A stretch of 64,000 nucleotides of DNA from a virus. The notes beneath the pieces were generated by a model. It had not been told where the DNA came from and made no database searches. It worked only from the letters and a program-made list of their open reading frames with translations. This document shows positions 37,857 through 48,212 of this stretch, piece after piece. How positions within the stretch are numbered: the stretch's first letter is position 1; each line of letters starts with the position of its first letter. Both the position numbers and the translations under genes were made by a program. The stretch is taken from positions 1 through 64,000 of the IMG/VR virus record IMGVR_UViG_3300043122_000207. One strand, written 5' to 3'.

Positions 37857-38534
37857 CTTAATTTGGACTATATCTTTAACATATGGTTTAAAACCACTTA
37901 GTTACCTTGTGCTTCCATTTATACCTTTCCTTGTATAAACGTACATTACTCGGTTATACTTAAATTAAGTATCCTTTCATTAGTCTCTGAACATATTGAT
38001 TAATTAAATCCTCTTCCTTTTTTAGATGGGTTTTTATCTTTAGCCTTTTTTTTTCACCTGAGATTGGATATGTGGTTATTTAATAACACACCGTCTAGAT
38101 GGTCTATTTCTTTCTTTTTTTTCTTGTTGTTGGGGATGAATGTTTTAGCAACAAGCATATCAACCTGGAAGTCTCTTTTTGAACCACCATCACAATTTAG
38201 TTCAACATATAATTTACCATCTTCTTTTAAAGTAGTTGGTAGAAACCCCTGTTCTAATATACCGTAAACATCCCCTCTTTCTGAGAGATAATAATCTTTT
38301 CTTTTAATATCTAAAAAATCAATAAACTCCCACTTTAAACCTTTTTTATCAAACATAGTTTATCACATCCTTTAAATATTTGTTCCCATCTATTTAAATT
38401 CAATATGCACAGGATTACCCAATAGGGTTTCCCTGTTAGCCTTATAATTAATAAGACACCGCTGGTTAGGCGTTCTCAAGGTATTCTCCTTTTAAGGAGC
38501 CAACCATATTTCTATGGTAGGGAGACAAAACTTT
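37857..38534 (-). mobile_element. Group I intron (678 nt) with HNH homing-endonuclease ORF, inserted right after the catalytic DYDGD codons
   Basis: P TAACAGGGAAA (38438-38428), Q AATCCTGTGC (38416-38407), R GTTCAGAGACTA (37992-37981), S AAGATATAGTCC (37876-37865); P1 GGAGAU/GUCUCC; P10 AGUUUU/AAAACU; splicing gives GDYDGD|KTGNRGVFS. Confidence 0.93.
38054..38356 (-). pseudogene. Intron-encoded NUMOD4/HNH homing endonuclease, probably degenerate
   Basis: Y.LSERGDVY...LVAKTFIPN...IDHLDG..LNNHISNLR*; TGA falls where HNH_3 has Trp; AGGATGTG RBS and upstream AACA-N6-TA. Confidence 0.75.
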
Positions 38535-39944
38535 ATCTCCATCGTAATCACCATTCATTCCCCAAAGATGTAAATTAGAAAAATTCATAGTTTCAGCAAA
38601 CATAGAAGAAACCTTAGATTCAAATTCATCCACATTATTTTGTAATTCAGGGTCATTTAGTATATCATCTATAACAGGATAGTATTTAAAGTCCATACCA
38701 TCCATTCTAACTTCTCTGGTTTCTATAGTAGATAAAACATGTAATTTATTTGGTACGGTATTGAATTGATCCATTACAGGATAACGGGTTGTGATATCAT
38801 GTTTTTGGTCTAGCTCTACTCCAAAGTAAGTTGCTATATAAATTAAGTCTGTAAGAGTAAGTGGTCTATTAAAGCTCTCCCACTCCCCATCTATTTTTTG
38901 TTCACCTTTTATTTTGATTGGGTTATCTTTGCCAGGTACATTAATAAAGTTAAATCTCTCACCCCAACTATCCACATATGTATCTATTAAATCCTGTAGT
39001 TCCTGTCTTGAAAACTCTTCTTCAAATTCTTCTTCACTACAATCTAGTTCACCATTATCAAACTTCTGTCTTAAATACTTTTTCATATTATTTATTACAA
39101 AAGGAGAAAACATATCAGCTAAAGCACCAAGTGGTAGACCTGCTGTATCTAGATTAACTGGCCCTTCACCAAAGTTTTCACTATCAAAATGTGGTGCAGA
39201 TAATACAAGGCGTGATGTGTAATCAACATTACGACTCATTACCTTACGCCGCATAACGCCATCTTTACCAAATACTTTATTCATTAAAAAATCAAGTAAC
39301 TCAACCAATAAAAGTTGTACCCTAAATCTTACACCGTGTTTATCAAATAAGGGGTTATCTTTACCGTCTTTAATAATTGAAGTTAAAGTAAGTAACTTTT
39401 TATACTTCTCATTTAATATATCAAGTGAGATGTGACCTGAATCTTTAGTATTAATATCACGGAAAGCAAGAGGTAGTATTAAGAACTTATCTATAAAGAT
39501 TTCATTTCTTCCCTTGGTTTTAACCACCTTTTTTAAATCCTTTAATATTAAAGAATCATCTTCTTTTACCTTTAGGTTTTTTAAGTTTATCTTATTATAG
39601 TTTTCATAGAAAAACTCTATACCTGTCCCACCATTTTCATCTTCTATTAAAGAACCTGATTTAGATATCTTGTAGTTTTTACGACCAGCTAGAAGATCAT
39701 CTATTTTTCTCATTGACCTTTTAAAGATTCTTGAATAAATTAAAGGGTGTAAATACTTACCGTCCAATTTAACATAACCCATCTTCTTTCTTTTTTCTCT
39801 CATTGATGAACCAAATATATCATCGCTCATTAATCCCTTTTTATTAGGTGTTTGTGAACTACCCTCAAATAAGAAGGGTTCTGTAACTTCTTTAGATTTG
39901 TGGTTTCTTATATAGTTATTAAAATCTGTTAACTTCTCTTTCAT
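38535..39944 (-). CDS. rpoC: RNA polymerase beta' subunit, exon 1
   Basis: GLMSDDIFG...MGYVKL...HPLIY; GKDGVMRRKVMSRNVDYTSRLVLS; TRYPV; GMNGDYDGD catalytic triad; 1410 nt = 470 codons. Confidence 0.92.
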
Positions 39945-39950
39945 TTAACT

Positions 39951-40697
39951 TTACCTCCCTTTATAATAGTTCTGGAGTTCTAATATATCCCTGCCGAATT
40001 TCTTTTCAGGATTTGTTTCACTCATTTTCTTTAATTTATTTTTATCTATATTATAACTTAAAACTTCTGCTTTAGCTGAATCTACATCTATTTCATATTC
40101 ATCTAAAATATCTCTTACATTCTTTGGTATAGATTTATCTTTATTTTTATCCTGTTTCATATTTTGGAATCTCTGTTCTTCAGAGCGTTTTCTAATATCT
40201 AAGGCATCCTCAATAAGTTTTGTGTAGGTTTGTTTAGAAAAAATTCTAATAAAGTATTTAATCCTTTCGATATCTAGATACTTAGTTAAATGTCTTAAAT
40301 GATCATCACTTGTCATATCTAAAATAAGCTCTGCAATATTATCGATATTTTCCTGGTGTTCTTTTTCTGTGGGCGGAATCCTTATTGCGTTATCATCTAC
40401 TTTGTCTTCATGATAATTTAAAACATTATCTTCTACATATTCATTTGCTATAATACCAACCATAAAAAGTAGTGGTTCTAAATCCTCTTCTAAATTAAAC
40501 TTATTATAGTTTCTGTGTTTAAAAGTGCTCCTATCAAAATATTTTTCTTCATCTGATTTTTCCCTATTTAAATCTTTAATAAAATCAAAGGTGTTTTTTA
40601 CTATAGAACTTAAAGCAAGAAGTGATGCAATCAATACAACTGTCAATTCTAAATTTAAAAATTCTTTCATTAATATACCCCCTTTTATAGATATCAT
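39951..40697 (-). CDS. Membrane-anchored hypothetical protein
   Basis: N-terminal TM LELTVVLIASLLALSSIV; probable start MKEFLN after AAGGGGG RBS. Confidence 0.6.
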   Translation of the reverse strand: MISIKGGILMKEFLNLELTVVLIASLLALSSIVKNTFDFIKDLNREKSDEEKYFDRSTFKHRNYNKFNLEEDLEPLLFMVGIIANEYVEDNVLNYHEDKVDDNAIRIPPTEKEHQENIDNIAELILDMTSDDHLRHLTKYLDIERIKYFIRIFSKQTYTKLIEDALDIRKRSEEQRFQNMKQDKNKDKSIPKNVRDILDEYEIDVDSAKAEVLSYNIDKNKLKKMSETNPEKKFGRDILELQNYYKGR

Positions 40698-40698
40698 T

Positions 40699-40714
40699 CT
40701 AACAAATTTGTTAG
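40699..40714. promoter_or_regulatory. Perfect 16-bp palindrome between divergent genes
   Basis: ctaacaaatttgttag; AACA on both strands. Confidence 0.4.
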
Positions 40715-40741
40715 GTATAAGAAAGGAGGTATATTGAAAAT

Positions 40742-42859
40742 ATGGCTCTAATAGAAGAAGTTTTTGCTCTTGCAGGGAATGCTATTGTTAAAAGAAAAAA
40801 ATATGCAGACTCTTTAGAAACTGTTGAAGCGACAAAACAATTTGACATTTATAAAGGTGCATATTTGTATTATGATGATTTAACACCTGTAGAGCGTCAA
40901 AAGATTATAGATGATTACGAAGAAAAAAATAACTATTACAGGTTATTAAATGGGTACCCTCCACTTAATGAAGAGGGTATAAAAGTACCACCAGAAACTG
41001 ATTTGGTGGGTATTGATAATAATATGTATTTACATGATATGAATGATGCTGATTTAGATATTATTATAAGGGTTGGTTTATTAGATGAACTTATTGAAAA
41101 ATACCCTGATAAAACATATCTTAAATCACTTAAAAAAAGAATACCATTTATAGAATCCCGTTCAGCTGATAAGTTTTCTTTACTTGGTATCTTCGATGTA
41201 GAGGATATGAATATAGATCCTAACATCAAAAATACATTCATGAATACATATGAAAAAAATAGACACTATTTTATGAGGACCAATTTTAACCCGTACTATT
41301 TTGAAAACTACGATTATTATGAAATCATGATGATTTTATATCTTTTATTTTCTACAGTAATTTCTACAATAGATGAATTAAACGAAGAGATGATAGATAT
41401 TAATATGCTAGATGAGGTGGATATGAATAATCTCCTAAACGAATATGGTGTACCAAACTGGGGTCTACCTTTATCTATTAAAAAGAATTTAGTTAAGATT
41501 ATAAATACTTTGGTTATGAATAAAGGTTCAAAGCAGACTATTATAGATATTGCAAAGTTATTTGATTTAGATAATATTTATAGATACTATCTGCATAAAA
41601 AGTTAATAAACTATAACTTTGATGAAACCACTCCTGCTAATGAGAAATACCAGCTTGAGTTTATAAGGGTACCTTTTGGTCAAAAAAATGTTTATGAGTG
41701 TATGCAAAATAGAGATAATATAAGAGACTTTGAAGAGTTTGTTTATGATGATCCAAAATGGGGGGATAGAAATACAGGTGATCTCCTTGAGGATGAACTA
41801 TTAGAAACTGACTTTTCTTTTATGTCTACAAAGTACATGTCAATTGAGAATATGATAGAGCTTACTAAATTAACTTTTGAGAACTCTTTATTTTTTCAAG
41901 GTTTTTTTGATTCAGATCATATATCAAAATACCTTTATATAAGACATGATAGAATAGATGCAGAGGTTTCTTTATTTGAACTATTAGTTTATGAAACTGC
42001 TTTAAGTATTCTGCGTTTAGGTTATGATGATTTAATTCCTTATAACAGTGAAAAGGTATCTTATGTTATAGGTTTAAATGATGAAGCTGACCTATATCAT
42101 CTTGAACATGATTTCCGTGTTGCTTTAGCTAATACAGAAGATCAGGAACTTTTAACCATTTATAAAGAAATGGGTGAGGGTAAATCAATCTATGAGGTTA
42201 TGGATGATTATGCTGAAGATGTAGACATTATAAAAAAGATAAGAGATGTAATGCGAGATTGTGAGGATATAGAAACTTATAAGTTGCTTAAAAAGGTTCA
42301 CGATACAATGACAATAGTAGACACCAATAAAAAAGTATATGGTGATGTTGATAGATACTCTGAATATTTAGCAGATAATAATGATATACTTTATGCTAAA
42401 TACCATGAGCTTAAATTTAATAATGATAAAGAAAAGATTCAAGAGGAGATGCGTTATGTGTTTGAGCTTTTAAAAAAGGAATTGGAACATATATCTCCAG
42501 CTAACTTAAAACACTTTGAATTTTTAGATGATCATATAAATGAAGAATTGGATGATTTAAAGGGATACTTATTTAAAGTAATAGAATTTTTTAAATCACA
42601 CACTAATGAATTAAAGGATTATTCTGTTCTTTATAAAATAGATGATCCTTTTAATAGATTGCAAATTTTAGAGGATTTAACTATCAGTGAAGAATTCTAC
42701 GATTGGGAAAAGGTTGAATATTTCCTATATGGTGGAATGAGTAAGATAGAAGAATTAAATAATAAACTTGGAATGTATAAAGATAAACATGAGATAAAAG
42801 AAGTATTAATAGATAAAGATTTATATAATGAAAAAGGAGGATTCATACACTATGATTAA
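40742..42859 (+). CDS. Putative virion structural (baseplate-associated) protein
   Basis: 705 aa heading a structural operon; L.EYGVP.W.LP...KKNL.K.IN.L...KGS...IIDI..LF resembles jumbo-phage baseplate proteins. Confidence 0.55.
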   Translation: MALIEEVFALAGNAIVKRKKYADSLETVEATKQFDIYKGAYLYYDDLTPVERQKIIDDYEEKNNYYRLLNGYPPLNEEGIKVPPETDLVGIDNNMYLHDMNDADLDIIIRVGLLDELIEKYPDKTYLKSLKKRIPFIESRSADKFSLLGIFDVEDMNIDPNIKNTFMNTYEKNRHYFMRTNFNPYYFENYDYYEIMMILYLLFSTVISTIDELNEEMIDINMLDEVDMNNLLNEYGVPNWGLPLSIKKNLVKIINTLVMNKGSKQTIIDIAKLFDLDNIYRYYLHKKLINYNFDETTPANEKYQLEFIRVPFGQKNVYECMQNRDNIRDFEEFVYDDPKWGDRNTGDLLEDELLETDFSFMSTKYMSIENMIELTKLTFENSLFFQGFFDSDHISKYLYIRHDRIDAEVSLFELLVYETALSILRLGYDDLIPYNSEKVSYVIGLNDEADLYHLEHDFRVALANTEDQELLTIYKEMGEGKSIYEVMDDYAEDVDIIKKIRDVMRDCEDIETYKLLKKVHDTMTIVDTNKKVYGDVDRYSEYLADNNDILYAKYHELKFNNDKEKIQEEMRYVFELLKKELEHISPANLKHFEFLDDHINEELDDLKGYLFKVIEFFKSHTNELKDYSVLYKIDDPFNRLQILEDLTISEEFYDWEKVEYFLYGGMSKIEELNNKLGMYKDKHEIKEVLIDKDLYNEKGGFIHYD

Positions 42860-43664
42860 GCTTAACGATAGAGTTGATATAAAAGATGGATTTAATAAAA
42901 AGTTTGCCCGTGGAGTATGTTACGAGAAAAATAAAACTCTAAATGGTAATACTTTATTTAATAAATTAGGTGAAAATAAAATCACCTTAGGTCTAGCTCA
43001 GGAAATAGTCGCCTGGTGGACTAATACAGAACCATTTAATGATATTCAAAAATTAGATGAAGAGGCTGCTTTAAATCTTTTGCCAGTAGATACCATTGTA
43101 GATGAAAACCCACAGCTTATTGGGTTTACTCTCTCAATAGACGGTGGAGATGAGAATGTGACTTTACCTGTTAAAAAATATTCCAAAGGTTATTCACTAG
43201 ATGGACTATTACCTTTTAGAATGCTCACAACAGATATAGAAGATACTATGGATATCAATGATAAATACGGTGTGCGTCATACTGATGGTAGTGGTAACAT
43301 TTATTATTATATGAAATACTTTGATAAAATTACAATAAGAAATATTACTGAAGATAATAACCCTGTACCAGATTATCCAGATATTAATTTAAGTGAGGAT
43401 ATGCAGGTTTATGCTATTATTGATTTAGAACTTACCATTGAAAAAGAAGATTTAGCAGAATACTTTGCTCTAACTCAGGGTGGAGTAAACTTTAGAAGAT
43501 ATAATGGTATAACACTTTTTAGAGGTTATCCAGTAGAATGTACTAAGTTTGGAAATCCAATAACAGACTATAGAGGCCTTCTTGCAACTAATAGAATGAA
43601 TATCAAACAGCGTGATTTAGCTGAAGAAGGTAAACAGGAATTACTCTATAGAATCTATGTTTAG
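42828..43664 (+). CDS. Putative virion structural protein (probable start ATG 42852)
   Basis: AAGGAGG RBS upstream of MIKLN; GFTLSIDGG...LLPFR motif. Confidence 0.55.
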   Translation: MKKEDSYTMIKLNDRVDIKDGFNKKFARGVCYEKNKTLNGNTLFNKLGENKITLGLAQEIVAWWTNTEPFNDIQKLDEEAALNLLPVDTIVDENPQLIGFTLSIDGGDENVTLPVKKYSKGYSLDGLLPFRMLTTDIEDTMDINDKYGVRHTDGSGNIYYYMKYFDKITIRNITEDNNPVPDYPDINLSEDMQVYAIIDLELTIEKEDLAEYFALTQGGVNFRRYNGITLFRGYPVECTKFGNPITDYRGLLATNRMNIKQRDLAEEGKQELLYRIYV

Positions 43665-43678
43665 GGGGTATAAACTAA

Positions 43679-45511
43679 ATGCCAACTATAAAAATTAATA
43701 ATGAAACTTTAGAATATAATAATATAATTTATGTAGATGCAGTAAATGGTGATGATACAAATGGTGATGGTAGCGAAGGTAATCCTTATGCTAGTATACC
43801 GTATGTGGTGGATAATACCATAACTAACGGTGACGCCATAGTTTTATTGTCTGATATTTTGGTAGAAGATTACCAAACATCCAAATTTTTTGACATCATC
43901 GGTAACCAACATGAATTGCACTTGAATTACCCAACCACTGGATCTATTATGCTCTTTACCAATAACAACACAGTTTCGAATTTTTATAATACAAAATTAA
44001 AGATGACCGGTGCGGCTTGGTCCTATTTCGGTAGAGAAACCAATGTAAATATGTATTTCATAAACTGTGTTCTACACATACCAAATTCATCCCCTGAGCA
44101 ACCATTTGCAGAATATAATTCTTCATGCCAATATCATTTTGAAAACTGCTCATTTGATTTTTATGATTTGTATGGAAGTATTCTTGTTAAAGCGAGTATA
44201 AAAGACTTCATTAATTCGTCATCAAATTTAGTGTCTGGTGAAACACAATTGGAAGGTGTTACATATGATTCTGATTATAATATAACATCAGATGGTTGGG
44301 AAAATACAGGTACTGGATTAAACCCTGATGGTACTCAGGCTCATATTGGTGTTTATGGTGGACCATATGGTTGGGGTGAATGGTCCAATATGAGATTAGT
44401 TAACTTATTATTTGATCCTTTATACCCATTTAAAAATAAAGATACTAATATTAATTTAACTGGTAATATTAAAGAAAAAGATGGATTAAATGAAAGTATA
44501 AGATACAGAATAACTTTAAACGGTGAACAGTTGTATCCAGAGTCTCCATACCCATATTCGATAAGTGAACCAAGTACAGAAGATTATATGTCTACTGCAA
44601 CAGGATATGAAACACCAGAAGGTACTATAAGTGCTAGTAGTGAATATAGTGTAGATTATACGGCATGGGAGGCTTTTAACGATACTCTAATTGATGGTAT
44701 TGATGCGTGGTCTTCAGATGGTGCTTCTGGGTATTTACAAGTGGAACTAAATGACCCGGTGGTAATTAAAGGATACAGTGTATCTGCCAGAAACTATTCG
44801 GATATTATTGCTGCACCAACCGATTGGACATTCGAGGGTTCTGTAAACGGTATTGACTGGGTTGTGTTGGACACACAGTATAATATAAACTCTTGGTTTC
44901 CATCCGAAAAGAAAGAATTTATGATATCAAATAATAACCTATATTACTATTATAGGATATATGTGACAGCAAACACAGACAATACATCTTGGACATCGAT
45001 TGGCGAAATGGAGTTGTTTGGGCCGGGTGAAAAGAAGAAGGGTTACACAGAACTTAAAACCACACCATTTAATATAGATTTAAATTTAGACACAAATAAA
45101 TTTAATGTTGGTAGTAATAATTTAATTATAGAAACCTTAGATGAAAACGACAATATTTTCGAATTATTAAATACCACAATAACCAAAGAAGATAGAGATA
45201 CATTTACCATGAATCATAATTTAAATTATGATGGTTCACCAATACTTACTGGTGATACTGTAATAGACAATTATAAGGGTTTAACACTTTCCAATACAGG
45301 TAAAGGTTCTGCTGTAATTGAAATCCCAACAGAAGGTAAAGCCAGGTTACAAGATGTTTTAGGTATATCTGATATTGTTGAAAGTGAATCTAAAACAGAA
45401 GTTAATGATATGGTTGACCAAGGTTCACTTGATACCGGTACAGTTTATGAGAAAGAAGTGAACACTGATTTAGATATTACCGATTTAAATATAAATGTTA
45501 AATCAACTTAA
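43679..45511 (+). CDS. Virion-associated protein with YVD..NGDD.N.G motif, beta-helix-like region and F5/8 type C domain
   Basis: IYVDAVNGDDTNGDGSEGNPYASI; HIGVYGG; F5/8 module paralogous to that in 162..3080. Confidence 0.7.
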   Translation: MPTIKINNETLEYNNIIYVDAVNGDDTNGDGSEGNPYASIPYVVDNTITNGDAIVLLSDILVEDYQTSKFFDIIGNQHELHLNYPTTGSIMLFTNNNTVSNFYNTKLKMTGAAWSYFGRETNVNMYFINCVLHIPNSSPEQPFAEYNSSCQYHFENCSFDFYDLYGSILVKASIKDFINSSSNLVSGETQLEGVTYDSDYNITSDGWENTGTGLNPDGTQAHIGVYGGPYGWGEWSNMRLVNLLFDPLYPFKNKDTNINLTGNIKEKDGLNESIRYRITLNGEQLYPESPYPYSISEPSTEDYMSTATGYETPEGTISASSEYSVDYTAWEAFNDTLIDGIDAWSSDGASGYLQVELNDPVVIKGYSVSARNYSDIIAAPTDWTFEGSVNGIDWVVLDTQYNINSWFPSEKKEFMISNNNLYYYYRIYVTANTDNTSWTSIGEMELFGPGEKKKGYTELKTTPFNIDLNLDTNKFNVGSNNLIIETLDENDNIFELLNTTITKEDRDTFTMNHNLNYDGSPILTGDTVIDNYKGLTLSNTGKGSAVIEIPTEGKARLQDVLGISDIVESESKTEVNDMVDQGSLDTGTVYEKEVNTDLDITDLNINVKST

Positions 45512-45527
45512 AAGAGGTGAAATATAA

Positions 45528-47090
45528 ATGGCATTAACAATGAATGATGTCGTTAGTGCTGGTATGAATGGTGGGGTGTTTATTTCTGATATCACCCCAC
45601 TTAATACTGACGACAATATAGGTAATAAAATTTTTTCAATGGATGGTAAAGTCCTAGATTCCTGTATAACCGATACGCTTAATTTAAAGGTGCATGTTAC
45701 AGCTTTTACAGGTAATTCAAATTACACACCCAAAATTAAAGTTAAAGGTACTGAAGTAACCAGCCTAAATGAAATAGATAATAATGGTATATTTACAGGT
45801 ACCATTAATATAACCATTACAGAAATAGATGAAAGAATAACTGCACTACATGAAGATGGTGCTAAAGATTTTGTAGAAATTGAATATGTACCAAAACCTG
45901 AAATTATAGAAGCTTATTTTACTGGTGGTTATCCAGGTGGTCAAACAGAACTTAAAGAAAACGATACATTTGATATCTTTATAAAAGCAAATACTGAAGT
46001 AGTTGAATTAGAAATAGCAGATGAATCAGCTTTTAAAGGCTTAGTAACTTCAGGTGTTAGTGGTAGTGAGAATACAGTAACTAACTTTATAGCTGACCGT
46101 GGTAATACAGCTGTGGCTCGATATGCTAAGGTAAGAATTAAAGATTCAAATGGTTCTTATTCAGAATGGTTTTTTACTAATTCATTAGGAACTAATGACG
46201 GTGAACACACTGTTATTTTAAATAACATAAGACCAACACTTTCTATTGGTTCTATAACTTATCCAGTTGACCAAGAAGCTATTAAAAATAATGAATCAGC
46301 AACGGTTAATATAGCAGCTAATAACTACAGTGAATTTTTGATGGAACCTATTAATGGAGAACTTGATATTATAGATCCAAATATTTATTCTACTACTAAA
46401 GAAGTTAAAAGATTATCTGGTGATTATAATATAGATACCAATAATTTCAAAATAACTTTAAATAGAATTCAAAATGATTCTTCTATCGCAAAAGAAGGTT
46501 TAGTTAAAATAGTGAATGTTCCAGCAGAGATTACAATTTCTGAACAGAATGAAAACTTAAAAAGCTCACCTACTGGTAATAATAACTTGATTAATTTAAA
46601 TTCCAATCAAGAGTTAATAGAACCACCAACACTACAAGCTGAAGTTGGTACCTGGGTGGAATTAGCTTTCCAGGGTGGACCATATGATTGGACTAGAAAC
46701 CTATCAATAGATGATTCTATTACAAAGGGAACATATAACTGGTCTAATCTATTAGCAAAAGGTTTAAGTGGTATTATAACATCTACAATAACTGGTGAGA
46801 GTGAATATACACTAGCAGGATTTAAAGAAAGAGAATTATCTTTTCCACCATTTACAAGAAAAGTAGATATAGGCACTAATGTTGTAGATCCATATAGTTT
46901 AATTTGTACTGATATGAGTGGAGAGGAATTTAGTTATCAATCAAGTAAATTAAATTCCAGCTGGGGTTTTACTATAGTAGATAGTGATGGGACACCAAAC
47001 CCTAATGGGAAATATATTTATATCACAGACGATAATTGGGTTTATAAAAACTCAGAAGGTTTAGCATATGTTACAATAAAAGAAATATAA
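45528..47090 (+). CDS. Putative structural protein with Ig-like domains
   Basis: 520 aa, beta-rich T/N/I composition, in structural operon. Confidence 0.5.
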   Translation: MALTMNDVVSAGMNGGVFISDITPLNTDDNIGNKIFSMDGKVLDSCITDTLNLKVHVTAFTGNSNYTPKIKVKGTEVTSLNEIDNNGIFTGTINITITEIDERITALHEDGAKDFVEIEYVPKPEIIEAYFTGGYPGGQTELKENDTFDIFIKANTEVVELEIADESAFKGLVTSGVSGSENTVTNFIADRGNTAVARYAKVRIKDSNGSYSEWFFTNSLGTNDGEHTVILNNIRPTLSIGSITYPVDQEAIKNNESATVNIAANNYSEFLMEPINGELDIIDPNIYSTTKEVKRLSGDYNIDTNNFKITLNRIQNDSSIAKEGLVKIVNVPAEITISEQNENLKSSPTGNNNLINLNSNQELIEPPTLQAEVGTWVELAFQGGPYDWTRNLSIDDSITKGTYNWSNLLAKGLSGIITSTITGESEYTLAGFKERELSFPPFTRKVDIGTNVVDPYSLICTDMSGEEFSYQSSKLNSSWGFTIVDSDGTPNPNGKYIYITDDNWVYKNSEGLAYVTIKEI

Positions 47091-47104
47091 AGGTGGTGAT
47101 TTAA

Positions 47105-48187
47105 ATGGCTAACGGTAATTTTGCGGGAGGAACAGGTGTAGAAAATGACCCGTATCTGATTGAGGATGCTGACGATTTAAACGCGATAAGAGAAGATCTT
47201 TCTTCACATTATAAGATGGTTTCCGATATTGATTTAAATATAGAACCTTACAATATAGACCCGGGTTGGGAACCAATCGGTACTGTAACTGATCCATTTG
47301 TCGGGAGTTTGGATGGTGGTTGGAAAAAGATTAAGAATTTATACATCAACAGAAATGACACCATTCAGAGTTTTATCTCGAGTATAGATTATGGCGGCAA
47401 TATAAAAAACTTGGGTTTAGAAAATATTCGTATTGAATGTACAGGTTTTTCCAGCGGCATTGCTTATTATTTAAAAGATGGTTTAATTGAAAATTGTTAT
47501 GTGACGGGTGTCATAATGAATTCAAGTTCAAACACTTATAATCAAGTGAGATGTGGTGGCATGGTATCTTATATGATGAACAATGGGGGTCATATAAAAA
47601 ATTGTTGGGCCAATGTCAATGTGGATGGACCTGGGGAAATCATAGGTGGTTTAGTTGGTGATTTAACATACGGGATTGTGGAAAATTGTTATTCTTATGG
47701 TGTAGTCACATCAGACACATCTGTTGATGTGGGTGGGTTGATTGGAAAAAAAGGTAATGACGGAACATCCACCGGATGTTTTTGGGATAAGGAGGTGTCC
47801 GGTATAGAAGTTTCATCTTCTGGTACTGGGTTGACCACATTAGAAATGAAGACACCACAAGTGTTCATCGATGCTGGGTGGGATCAAGAAGTTTGGTTAT
47901 TAAAAAATAGTGAATACCCCCATATTACCTCTCATTATCTTGTGGTCGGGTCACTTTTAGAATCTGAAGGTATTTTGTATATTTTTAAAAATAATCGATT
48001 TATCGAAACTAATGATTTTCAAAACGAAGGGATGTCATATTTATCCCCAATACTAACACCAGATAATCTAATTAAATACGGTATGGACTATAATATTGAC
48101 GATAATGGTGGTAAAATATTCAAAAAAGAAATAAATAAAGATTTATTAAAATCTATTAAATCAGGTAAATTTTCTTTTAATTTATAA
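47105..48187 (+). CDS. GLUG-motif/beta-helix surface or adhesin-like protein
   Basis: FAGGTG..NDPYLI.DADDLNAIR.DLSSHYK...DIDL, F.GSLDG...IKNL, IGGLVG...ENCYSYG.V, VGGLIG. Confidence 0.75.
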   Translation: MANGNFAGGTGVENDPYLIEDADDLNAIREDLSSHYKMVSDIDLNIEPYNIDPGWEPIGTVTDPFVGSLDGGWKKIKNLYINRNDTIQSFISSIDYGGNIKNLGLENIRIECTGFSSGIAYYLKDGLIENCYVTGVIMNSSSNTYNQVRCGGMVSYMMNNGGHIKNCWANVNVDGPGEIIGGLVGDLTYGIVENCYSYGVVTSDTSVDVGGLIGKKGNDGTSTGCFWDKEVSGIEVSSSGTGLTTLEMKTPQVFIDAGWDQEVWLLKNSEYPHITSHYLVVGSLLESEGILYIFKNNRFIETNDFQNEGMSYLSPILTPDNLIKYGMDYNIDDNGGKIFKKEINKDLLKSIKSGKFSFNL

Positions 48188-48212
48188 ATGAAAGAGAGGT
48201 GTATTTATTAAT

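Noticed and set aside
38054-38056. Genome-wide TGA=Trp recoding
   Set aside because: Long ORFs translate cleanly in the standard code and TGA terminates other genes (e.g. 59506); a single nonsense change is simpler
38466-38534. C-terminal tail KVLSPYHRNMVGSLKGEYLENA of ORF 38466..39944
   Set aside because: It is read-through into intron A, not part of mature beta'; P1/P10 place the splice site at 38535/38534
39951-40697. Holin call for the single-TM protein
   Set aside because: Only one N-terminal TM and no adjacent endolysin; insufficient support
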